64,000 bases of DNA from an uncultured Thermoplasmata archaeon. Its GTDB lineage: Archaea > Thermoplasmatota > Thermoplasmata > UBA10834. Within the stretch, counting starts at the first letter, position 1; the number at the start of each line of letters is the position of its first letter. Below the pieces are notes generated by a model, which ran no database searches, was not told where the DNA came from, and saw nothing but the letters and a program-made list of their open reading frames with translations. The DNA lies in assembly GCA_963748615.1 (NCBI GenBank), contig CAVVJQ010000002.1, positions 259,240 to 323,239 on the forward strand. Direction: 5' to 3'. Below, one piece after another: positions 56,263-64,000 of the stretch. Both the position numbers and the translations under genes were made by a program.

Positions 56263-57438
56263 ATGTCACAACCGGTAATCGCAAGTGCGACGAGGACAGC
56301 CATTGGCAAGTTCGGAGGAGCACTGAAGGACATAGGCGCACCACGCTTGGGCGCCGTGGCCGTCAAGGAAGCCGTGCGACGCGCGGGCATCGAGCCGGGA
56401 GAGGTCGAAGAATGCATCATGGGCAATGTCCTGTCTGCAGGTCTGGGCCAGAACCCTGGCAGACAAGCTGCCCTCTGGGCAGGGCTGCCAGATTCCGTGT
56501 CTGCACTGACCATAAACAAGGTCTGCGGATCCGGCATGAAGGCAGTGATGCTTGCCAGCGATGCGATTCTCGCAGGCCGTGAGAAGATCATCGTCGCAGG
56601 AGGCATGGAAAACATGTCGAACGCACCCTTCCTTCTGGAGAAGGCGCGGTTCGGGTACAAGTTGTTCGATTCCAAACTCGTCGATTCCATGGTGAGGGAC
56701 GGTTTGTGGGACGTGTTCAACGATTTCCACATGGGCAACACTGGCGAGATAGTTGCACAGAAACACGGCATCACTAGGCTCGAAGCAGACGAATTCTCCT
56801 GTGGTAGCCACAAGAAGGCAATCGCCGCCATAAAGTCCGGAGCATTCAGGGACGAGACGGTCGATGTCGAGATACCCTCGAAGAAGGGTAACATCATATT
56901 CTCGACCGACGAGGGTCCTCGAGAGGACACATCGATCGAATCTCTGGCGAAGCTCAAGCCGGTGTTCCGAAATGATGGTATTCTAACTGCTGGCAATTCA
57001 TCGAGCATCAACGACGGAGCATCGGCTCTTGTCATAATGGATGGGGATGTCGCTAGCGAAAAAGGAATCACTCCGCTGGCCAGGATTGTGGATTATGTGA
57101 CGACGGGAACGAAGCCAGAGCTTCTGATGGAGGCCCCGATCGATGCTGCCCGCAGACTTCTTGAGCGGAACAAACTGACCATCAAGGACATCGATCTGTT
57201 CGAGCACAACGAAGCATTCTCGACAGCCTCGGTCGCGATCATGCGTGTGCTCGACATCCCCCAGGATCGATTCAACGTCAACGGTGGCGCAGTCGCCCTC
57301 GGCCATCCGATCGGATGCAGCGGCGCGCGTGTCCTGACCACGCTGGTTTATGCCATGAAGAAGCACGACGCCCACCGCGGCCTAGCGACCCTCTGCCTTG
57401 GTGGAGGGAACGCGGTCGGTATGCTGATCGAGGCATGA
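56263..57438 (+). CDS. Acetyl-CoA C-acetyltransferase (thiolase II, bacterial-type)
   Basis: 391 aa. Active-site NKVCGSGMKAV and C-terminal CLGGGNAVG. Confidence 0.9.
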   Translation: MSQPVIASATRTAIGKFGGALKDIGAPRLGAVAVKEAVRRAGIEPGEVEECIMGNVLSAGLGQNPGRQAALWAGLPDSVSALTINKVCGSGMKAVMLASDAILAGREKIIVAGGMENMSNAPFLLEKARFGYKLFDSKLVDSMVRDGLWDVFNDFHMGNTGEIVAQKHGITRLEADEFSCGSHKKAIAAIKSGAFRDETVDVEIPSKKGNIIFSTDEGPREDTSIESLAKLKPVFRNDGILTAGNSSSINDGASALVIMDGDVASEKGITPLARIVDYVTTGTKPELLMEAPIDAARRLLERNKLTIKDIDLFEHNEAFSTASVAIMRVLDIPQDRFNVNGGAVALGHPIGCSGARVLTTLVYAMKKHDAHRGLATLCLGGGNAVGMLIEA

Positions 57439-57505
57439 TGCCGATAATCAGCAAACGTCATATGGTCGATCCCTGATATCCTGGTCGAAAGGGTGTGAGG
57501 ATCAC

Positions 57506-58753
57506 ATGGATACGTTGGAGCTTTCACGACTGGTCGACGCGCGGAAAGATGGCATGATCAAGGATTTCTGCTCGATGCTTAGAATAAAGGCGATCGCACC
57601 TGACAGCGGAGGTGAGGGCGAGCAGGCACGCGCGGATTTCCTCATCAAGTTGGCAGCCGCCCTCGGTCTGGGCAAAGCAGAGGTCTTTAGCTCAGGTGAC
57701 ACAAGGGTTCCTTCCGGAAGCCGTCCGAACATCATACTCCGACTCGCAGGCCGCGTCGACAGGAATCTATGGGTCGTAACACACATGGACACGGTCCCTG
57801 AAGGTGATGTCACTGCCTGGACCTCTCCGCCATTCGATCCTCTGATCAAGGATGGACGGATCTATGGCCGAGGCTCTGAGGACAACGGTCAAGAGCTCAT
57901 CGCATCTCTCTTCGCTTTGGCGACTGTCAAGGCTGCTGGGATTGTGCCTGAGATGAACATCAACCTCGCATTCGTGGCCGACGAGGAGCAGGGCAACGAT
58001 CATGGTATCGAGTTCCTGCTCACAAAGGGGCTGTTCAAGAAAGGCGACCTCGCGGTGGTCCCCGACCACGGTGCGTCCGATGGCTCTGAGCTAGAGGTGG
58101 TGGAGAAGAGTATCCTCTGGGTGAACGTCGAGGTTCTCGGGAAGCAGACTCACGCAAGCACTCCGAACGAGGGCGTGAACGCTCTCGAGGTTGCCGCCAA
58201 GTACATGTTGAGGGTAACGGACGAGCTGCGTGCGAAATACGCGGATAGCGACCCGCTCTTCAACCCTCCTCCGAGCACCTTCGCTGCGACCAGATGTGAA
58301 TCAAACGGCCCCAACATCAATACTATCCCGGGGAAGCAGAGATTCGCCTTTGATTTCAGGGTCCTTCCGGAATACCGTTTGGACGAGATACTGTCCGATA
58401 TGCACAGGGTAGCCAAAGAAATCGAATCGGAGAGCGGTGCCAAAATCGTGCTGGATGTCGATCAGAGGGCCGACGCGCCCCCGAGGACCAGCGTGGATTC
58501 TGAGATTGTGAAGAGACTAACCGAAGCCATCAAGGTGATCAAGAAAGTGGAGCCACGCCCCACGGGCATGGGTGGCGGCACATGCGCCACGCCCTTCAGG
58601 CGCGAAGGGATCGACGCCGTGGTCTGGGCGTCTCTGGACTCGATGGCACACGACGCGAATGAATACTGCGTGATTGATAACTTGATGTCCGACACGAAAG
58701 TCTTCGCCCTGCTCTTCGCAGGAGACGCAATACCCTCCGTTCAGAAATCCTGA
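57506..58753 (+). CDS. M20-family metallopeptidase (ArgE/DapE-like deacylase)
   Basis: 415 aa. HMDTVP, GRGSEDNGQE and a dimerisation-domain pattern. Confidence 0.85.
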   Translation: MDTLELSRLVDARKDGMIKDFCSMLRIKAIAPDSGGEGEQARADFLIKLAAALGLGKAEVFSSGDTRVPSGSRPNIILRLAGRVDRNLWVVTHMDTVPEGDVTAWTSPPFDPLIKDGRIYGRGSEDNGQELIASLFALATVKAAGIVPEMNINLAFVADEEQGNDHGIEFLLTKGLFKKGDLAVVPDHGASDGSELEVVEKSILWVNVEVLGKQTHASTPNEGVNALEVAAKYMLRVTDELRAKYADSDPLFNPPPSTFAATRCESNGPNINTIPGKQRFAFDFRVLPEYRLDEILSDMHRVAKEIESESGAKIVLDVDQRADAPPRTSVDSEIVKRLTEAIKVIKKVEPRPTGMGGGTCATPFRREGIDAVVWASLDSMAHDANEYCVIDNLMSDTKVFALLFAGDAIPSVQKS

Positions 58754-59706
58754 GTGGATGCGGATTGCTTGTCCCCGAAGATCCTTCCGACCATCCAGTC
58801 AGCGTCGAAACGCCGGATTTGGTCATACTCCTGACCGAAGCTAACATATGCGATCGGCTTGCCGACCGCCTTCGCGATGGACAGCGCCGCACCGCCTTTC
58901 GCATCAGCATCTATCTTCGTCAACACGACGACGTCGATTCCGACAGCCTCATCGAACTTCTTAGCCTGCATCACCGCATCTGATCCGGCAAGCGAATCTC
59001 CGACGAACACGATGAGATCCGGTTTCGCCACGCGTTTGATCTTCTTCATCTCGTCCATCAGGTTCGCATTGGTCTGCATCCTGCCTGCGGTGTCGATCAG
59101 CACGACCCCTCTCTTGCGCGCCTTCGCATGCTCGATGGCGTCATATGCCACGGCCGCGGGGTCCCCTCCTGCCTGGTGCTTGATTATCTTGCATCCCAGT
59201 TTCTCGGAGTGTATCGTCAACTGTTCTATCGCGCCCGCTCTAAAAGTGTCGGCTGCTGCGAGAACTACGCTGTACCCATGGGCCTTGAGCCGGTTCGCCA
59301 TCTTGGCAATGATTGTGGTCTTCCCGGTTCCGTTTATGCCAACGAACATCATGACATAAGGTGGGTCCTTGGAGGCCAGCGCATCCTTCAAGGAGAAAGT
59401 ATTGGTTTGCAGGACATCTCTCACGGCGACCCGCAGTGCAAGTTCGATGGCCTCCTCGATCTTGAATCCCTTGTCGATCCTCTTGCCCACCAATGCTCCT
59501 CTTACACTCTTCGTGAGTTCCTCTGCGACCGCCAGAGCGACATCGGCTTCGAGAAGCCCCATCTCCAGCTCGTGGAGGACATCGTCAAGGACGCTCTGCC
59601 TGAGCCTCCTTCCAGAATCACCGGCGACTTCTGAGATGTCGTCAATCGACCTGCTCTCCGCGACCTTCGAGGCGGCGGAGAATTTCTCCTTCAGCGCTCG
59701 GAACAT
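58741..59706 (-). CDS. ftsY: Signal recognition particle receptor FtsY
   Basis: NG domain with GINGTGKTT, DTAGR and TKID motifs. Confidence 0.9.
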   Translation of the reverse strand: MFRALKEKFSAASKVAESRSIDDISEVAGDSGRRLRQSVLDDVLHELEMGLLEADVALAVAEELTKSVRGALVGKRIDKGFKIEEAIELALRVAVRDVLQTNTFSLKDALASKDPPYVMMFVGINGTGKTTIIAKMANRLKAHGYSVVLAAADTFRAGAIEQLTIHSEKLGCKIIKHQAGGDPAAVAYDAIEHAKARKRGVVLIDTAGRMQTNANLMDEMKKIKRVAKPDLIVFVGDSLAGSDAVMQAKKFDEAVGIDVVVLTKIDADAKGGAALSIAKAVGKPIAYVSFGQEYDQIRRFDADWMVGRIFGDKQSASTQDF

Positions 59707-59715
59707 GATAAGCCC

Positions 59716-60147
59716 TCAGGCCATATGGCCTGCCTGCATCTCCTCATATTGACTCTGAACCAACTGTGACAATTGCTGAATGGTGGCCTCTGCCTGCGCG
59801 GCCTTCTCTGAGACCTTCTGGAACGCCTGGGACAGCTCCTCTATCCTGGTCTCCAATAGTTTCTGCGCTTCCACGGCGTCCCTCTGGACCGATACACCGG
59901 AGCCGACGCCGATGACGACGTCCTTCCTCTCGGACGCCTTCGCGTAGATATACGAATCAGCGCCGATTGGTATCATCAAGTCGTCCCCGGGCGCTCCCGT
60001 GGAGAGGCTTTTAACGGTCTCGCGAGCCTTCACGTGCTCTTCGATGGCGAGCTGGATCAATTCCTGTTGTCTCGCAAGCCCTTCCATCTGTGCCTTGGCC
60101 GTATCGAGCCTCATCATGTTCTCTCTGAGCACCGTCTCATCAATCAC
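59716..60147 (-). CDS. pfdA: Prefoldin subunit alpha
   Basis: 143 aa coiled coil-beta hairpin-coiled coil. Conserved LX-pfdA-ftsY gene order. Confidence 0.85.
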   Translation of the reverse strand: MIDETVLRENMMRLDTAKAQMEGLARQQELIQLAIEEHVKARETVKSLSTGAPGDDLMIPIGADSYIYAKASERKDVVIGVGSGVSVQRDAVEAQKLLETRIEELSQAFQKVSEKAAQAEATIQQLSQLVQSQYEEMQAGHMA

Positions 60148-60377
60148 TTCTTTGCCTCCAGCAGGTATTTCACGGTATGATTCGTGATCTCCTCTGGTTT
60201 GAGGGATTTAACGCCGTCGATCTTGATGAACGCTCTCTTGACGTTATGCCTGCTGCCGATCAATGCCAGCAGTTTATCTACGGCGCCCTTTTCATCAGTT
60301 GACGCAACCTCAATAGAGAATGGTTGCCATTCCTTGACCGATAGTCTGAACTGACCCTTAACTTCGAAAGCTTTCAT
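60144..60377 (-). CDS. rpl18a: 50S ribosomal protein L18Ae/LX
   Basis: 77 aa. MKAFEVKGQFRL...WQPFSIEV...HNVKRAFIKI matches archaeal LX. 4-nt overlap with pfdA. Confidence 0.85.
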   Translation of the reverse strand: MKAFEVKGQFRLSVKEWQPFSIEVASTDEKGAVDKLLALIGSRHNVKRAFIKIDGVKSLKPEEITNHTVKYLLEAKK

Positions 60378-60495
60378 GCAGACCAGCAGGGGCCCTAGAG
60401 AAAGGGTCGCAAATAAAGCTTTTGCCTGGACAACCCCCTTTCCGACCCGCTCCTCTCATAAGCTTGATATGTCGACCGGGCGTTGCTAAGGGATC

Positions 60496-61350
60496 GTGCC
60501 GAGAGAGATCGAGTGCTTCTACCCCGGGCGCAGCTTCCCTTCAGTTTCCGTGACCGGTGCAGTATGTGCTCTCAGATGCAAACACTGTGGCGGGAAATAT
60601 CTCGAAGGGATGGTCTCGGCAACCACTCCGGACGATCTGCTCAAATTCGCCAAGACAATTGAGGCCCGAGGCGCAAAGGGATTCTTGCTCAGCGGCGGAT
60701 CGGATGCGAATGGCAAGGTCCCTCTGAATGATTTCATCTCGACGATTGCGCGCATAAAGGCTGAGACATCCCTCAAGATCAATGCGCATATCGGTCTCAC
60801 ACCCAGGAACGAACTGGCAGAGCTCGTCCGAAGCGGCGTGGACGCTTTCTCCATCGACATTTACGGGTCGGACGAGACCATCAAGGATGTCTTGGGGTTG
60901 CAGGCGAAGGTCGAGGACTATACGCGTGTCCTGAAATCTCTCAAATCTCTCGGAGCTACATTGGTTGCTCCGCACATATGCGTCGGGATTCATGGCGGAC
61001 AGCTGAGGGGTGAGAGGAGGGCGGTCGCAGAAGTAGCCGACATCGGAGTCCCAGTCCTGGTCCTGATATCCCTAATCCCAACGGAAGGCACGCGCTATGC
61101 GGCCGCGTTGCCTCCATCTCCAAGCGATATGATCGAGATCATCTCTCTCGCACGCGAACGGATGCCCGAGACCAGGCTCGTCTTCGGTTGCATGAGGTCG
61201 AGACGTAACAGGTCATGGGAGTTCGATGCGGTCCAGGCCGGCTTGGACGGGATCGTGATGCCTTCAGAGTCCACCGTGACTCTCCTGAAGAAATCCGGTT
61301 TTACGATAAAGCGTCGGGAAACCTGCTGTTCCCTATATGGCTACTTGTAG
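60496..61350 (+). CDS. Radical SAM protein
   Basis: CALRCKHC (CxxxCxxC) near the N-terminus and a TIM-barrel-like pattern. GTG start. Confidence 0.7.
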   Translation: MPREIECFYPGRSFPSVSVTGAVCALRCKHCGGKYLEGMVSATTPDDLLKFAKTIEARGAKGFLLSGGSDANGKVPLNDFISTIARIKAETSLKINAHIGLTPRNELAELVRSGVDAFSIDIYGSDETIKDVLGLQAKVEDYTRVLKSLKSLGATLVAPHICVGIHGGQLRGERRAVAEVADIGVPVLVLISLIPTEGTRYAAALPPSPSDMIEIISLARERMPETRLVFGCMRSRRNRSWEFDAVQAGLDGIVMPSESTVTLLKKSGFTIKRRETCCSLYGYL

Positions 61351-62168
61351 ATGGATCCGTGGGAGTACTTCCTCTCAATCGGGACCAGATACGCGGCCCA
61401 CGCTATGTTCGCCACTACGAATGCGAGGGCGAGGAGTGATACGAGCCCGGTGAATGTCTCTGACACTTCGTTCGACAAGGTCACGGTGATGATTGCGCCA
61501 GGATAGTCCAGGTCATTGAGCACCAGATGGAACAGGGTGTGATCGGCGTATGGAATCGTTATGGTCAACTCCCCGTCGATTATGTAGTCGTCATGATTCA
61601 ATCTCATCGAGTACATCTCGTCCAAGCTGCCATTGTACTGCTGATATACTGCATCGTTGACCAGGTATAGCTGGACAACGTCCTGCGAAGTGGCCCTGAT
61701 CTCAGAAGCCCTCAACATCGCGACCGGGTCCCTCGACCAGAAAGAGTAGTCAATGCCATCGGTGACCGCGACCGTCCTCTCCGTGGCGTCCTCGACCACC
61801 GAGAGTATCGATGGTACCATGAGCACGAAGGTGATGACTGCACTTATGATCGCTATCAGTATCGCTCTCTTCATCGATGTTTTGGCCATAAGGTGTCTTG
61901 CGCTGGAGCTTCTGGCGAATCGTATCTCCAGTATTCTGAAGAAGAAGCCTTCGACGCAGATCACAAACAGGATCAAGACGACCACCGCGGCGAAGGAGTC
62001 GAGGGGAAGGTATAGGCTCGGTTTGATCTTCGCATCCCCTATGATGAAAACTACGAGGAACGCCAGTGCCACCAGGATGGCCACCTGGAGCATGTATAAC
62101 ATGATCTTGATCTTGTGGATCCTGGTCAATCTGACCGAGTCCTCCAGGACCTTTTTTGATAATGGCAT
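61341..62168 (-). CDS. Hypothetical membrane protein
   Basis: 275 aa with three N-terminal TM helices, an extracytoplasmic domain and a C-terminal TM. Confidence 0.5.
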   Translation of the reverse strand: MPLSKKVLEDSVRLTRIHKIKIMLYMLQVAILVALAFLVVFIIGDAKIKPSLYLPLDSFAAVVVLILFVICVEGFFFRILEIRFARSSSARHLMAKTSMKRAILIAIISAVITFVLMVPSILSVVEDATERTVAVTDGIDYSFWSRDPVAMLRASEIRATSQDVVQLYLVNDAVYQQYNGSLDEMYSMRLNHDDYIIDGELTITIPYADHTLFHLVLNDLDYPGAIITVTLSNEVSETFTGLVSLLALAFVVANIAWAAYLVPIERKYSHGSIYK

Positions 62169-62209
62169 TGCGCGTTAAGATGACCTGGACCGAATTAATA
62201 TTTTGTGCA

Positions 62210-63439
62210 TCAGGAATCAAAAGTCGCCAGCTTTCTGCATATCAGGTAGATGGCAGCATACTCTGGCACGGTGTTCTGTCCCTCATCCAACGTGAACATT
62301 CGCTCCTTGAGGGACACTTCGGTCGGTCCAAGACAGTTCACTCGAACTGGCTCCTCCCCGAATGTCTTCGAGACAGCCGATGTGAACGGGTCGAAGTCCT
62401 CGACATCGTCTCTTTTCATGGGGATGACCTCGAACCCCGTCTTGCCGTGCAGCGATGACGGCAGCCTTATCAGCCGCTTGATATCCGAAGTGACGGGTTC
62501 GTCCGTCTCACCCTTCATCCGTCCCTTGACCCTCATCTCAACGATGGATAGGAACGCGTCCGCACGTCTCTTCTCGGAGAATACCTCGAAGGTGTCGTCA
62601 TCTCTCATCCTGTCGACCCCTCTCTTTCCCTGACTACCCTTGAATAGATCGTCGTACACGCCCTCCAAGGTCTTCACACCTATCTCTCTGGACCCCCCAT
62701 CTGATATCTTGGCAAGAGTGCCCTTTGCGGTGGTCTCATCGGCGTCCTCCAACTCCTTCAGTAGTTCATCAATGCCCCGCCTCATACGCCTCCGCCACCC
62801 ACCATCCTCGAGCTTCGGCATGGCCCTCTTATGCGCTATCGAAGGTCTATCCTTGAACCTCGCCATCTCGAAGGAGGTCTCGGGAAATACCCAATCGATG
62901 TCTAGGTCAGTTCCCGTCACATAATCCACTATCTCCCTCCTCTCGTGACTCGACAGTCGGAAGACCCTCGGATCATTGATGTGAACGTGATATCCTCGAC
63001 CGCCGGAGAACACCACCTTGAGCGAATCATAATCGAAGCCTAGGTCCCCCAGGAGGAATTCGTCCATGAGCCGGATCACCTCTTCTTTGACCCTTCCCAG
63101 CATCTTCTCATAGGTCATCCCTTTCGTCCCTTCGACATGGTCTGCGTCAAGATCGAATATGAGGTCTGCACCCAGCCATTTCTTATCTGGCATAGTAGGG
63201 GCATTCGGCTTCTCGTAATATGCACATGAGTAATATGCGTGGGATGGCACGTTATCGACGAGGTAGTTCTTCAGTTCAGCCCTCTTCGCGAATCCCAGAT
63301 GTCTCATGACATAGTCTCTGTCGAAGAACATGAATCCGAACTCCCTTCGCGCGAATCTGTCCGGCATGGCGATGGAGACATCTCTGTAATGTCTCGAAAA
63401 AGCGGTCATTAGGAACCGTTTGTTCGCATCAGGAGGCAT
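62210..63439 (-). CDS. priS: DNA primase small (catalytic) subunit
   Basis: LIFDLDADH and SGGRGYHVH catalytic motifs. 409 aa. Confidence 0.9.
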   Translation of the reverse strand: MPPDANKRFLMTAFSRHYRDVSIAMPDRFARREFGFMFFDRDYVMRHLGFAKRAELKNYLVDNVPSHAYYSCAYYEKPNAPTMPDKKWLGADLIFDLDADHVEGTKGMTYEKMLGRVKEEVIRLMDEFLLGDLGFDYDSLKVVFSGGRGYHVHINDPRVFRLSSHERREIVDYVTGTDLDIDWVFPETSFEMARFKDRPSIAHKRAMPKLEDGGWRRRMRRGIDELLKELEDADETTAKGTLAKISDGGSREIGVKTLEGVYDDLFKGSQGKRGVDRMRDDDTFEVFSEKRRADAFLSIVEMRVKGRMKGETDEPVTSDIKRLIRLPSSLHGKTGFEVIPMKRDDVEDFDPFTSAVSKTFGEEPVRVNCLGPTEVSLKERMFTLDEGQNTVPEYAAIYLICRKLATFDS

Positions 63440-63565
63440 GCGCCAGTGTTATGTTGCTGACTCGTATATTAACCTCACATCTGCCATTCATGTACCTGTA
63501 TTCTCAAGATTCGAAAACAATATCAAAGAGAGAGACTATTGTGTCTTCCAGCCAAGTGATCTCCA

Positions 63566-64000
63566 ATGATAAAGACCTACATTCGTATCGAACTCAGTAG
63601 TGAGGGCGAATCGCCCACACAGATAATCGAGCGAATGAGACAGATAGACGCAGTACCAGTCATCGGTGAATACGATTTCGAGCTCAGCCTTGGAGAGGAT
63701 GAGAAACTCTTCGACAGGCTCGAGGATATCCATCACGTTTTGAGGGGCTCGAGCGTAAGGTACACCATCACGACCCGGACCGACGTCGATGAAGCCGCTA
63801 TGAACAACGGGACCCGTGAGATAACCCACATGGTCGATCAGAAACCGGTGGAGCTGCGCAAGAAGCTCTACAGGGCCAAGCTACAGCGATGGCGGGAGAT
63901 GGGCCTTGACGTCGACGAACTCGAGCAGCTCCTCGACGAGGACCTGGATAAGTTCAAGGTCGCTAGCAGGACTTTTCTGAAGACGCATCTAGATAGCATA
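63566..64000 (+). CDS. Hypothetical protein, 5' fragment running off the window end
   Basis: Absent from the ORF track because there is no stop in the window. ATG 63566 gives MIKTYIRIELSSEGESPTQIIERMRQIDAVPVIGEYDFELSLGEDEKLFDRLEDIHHVLRGSSVRYTITTRTD... for 145 codons with normal composition. The listed minus ORF 63536..63829 is its antisense shadow. Confidence 0.55.
   Translation, partial: MIKTYIRIELSSEGESPTQIIERMRQIDAVPVIGEYDFELSLGEDEKLFDRLEDIHHVLRGSSVRYTITTRTDVDEAAMNNGTREITHMVDQKPVELRKKLYRAKLQRWREMGLDVDELEQLLDEDLDKFKVASRTFLKTHLDSI

Noticed and set aside
63536-63829. 97 aa minus-strand ORF near the window end.
   Set aside because: It is antisense to a longer, better-composed plus-strand frame that stays open to the window edge.
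1-64000. Search for CRISPR arrays, rRNA genes, IS elements, integrases, prophage genes and inteins in cdc48, atpA and polD.
   Set aside because: No regularly spaced direct repeats, rRNA-like sequence, or transposase/integrase-like translations were seen. The AAA, ATPase and polymerase genes have normal uninterrupted lengths.

Overview
This is archaeal chromosomal DNA, roughly 52-55% GC. Archaea-specific markers on both strands show this: TFB, Gar1, Orc1/Cdc6, PolD small subunit, PriS, TiaS, the tRNA-splicing endonuclease, prefoldin alpha, ribosomal protein LX, and a complete A1Ao ATP synthase operon in the order atpH-I-K-E-C-F-A-B-D. PolD together with a two-domain EndA suggests a euryarchaeal, possibly Thermoplasmata-like, uncultured lineage, but that placement is inference only. 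Coding density is high, most genes are housekeeping, and many starts sit about 25 nt downstream of a TATA-like box, which suggests leaderless mRNAs. I found no rRNA, canonical tRNA, CRISPR array, transposase or integrase. The regions most worth a second look are listed below.
- An Orc1/Cdc6-linked replication origin has four full ORB-like elements (dyad plus G-string). One of them lies beyond a ~41% GC hflX gene.
- A tightly coupled V4R / single-domain KaiC-like / DUF835 (/CobA) operon sits next to a CYTH gene.
- A >1100 aa protein carries a type IV pilin-like signal and FG-GAP repeats. Its 3' end continues in another frame, and it faces a wHTH-STAND-like protein that lacks the Walker A lysine.
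- A membrane wHTH / secreted Met-His-Trp-rich peptide / oversized signal peptidase cluster has a triple direct repeat in its promoter.
- A structured 350-nt intergenic region contains a T-loop-like motif but does not fold as a tRNA.
- Several small ORFs fall below the 60 aa cutoff of the ORF track.
Coordinates for items absent from the ORF track were read by eye and may be off by a few nt.
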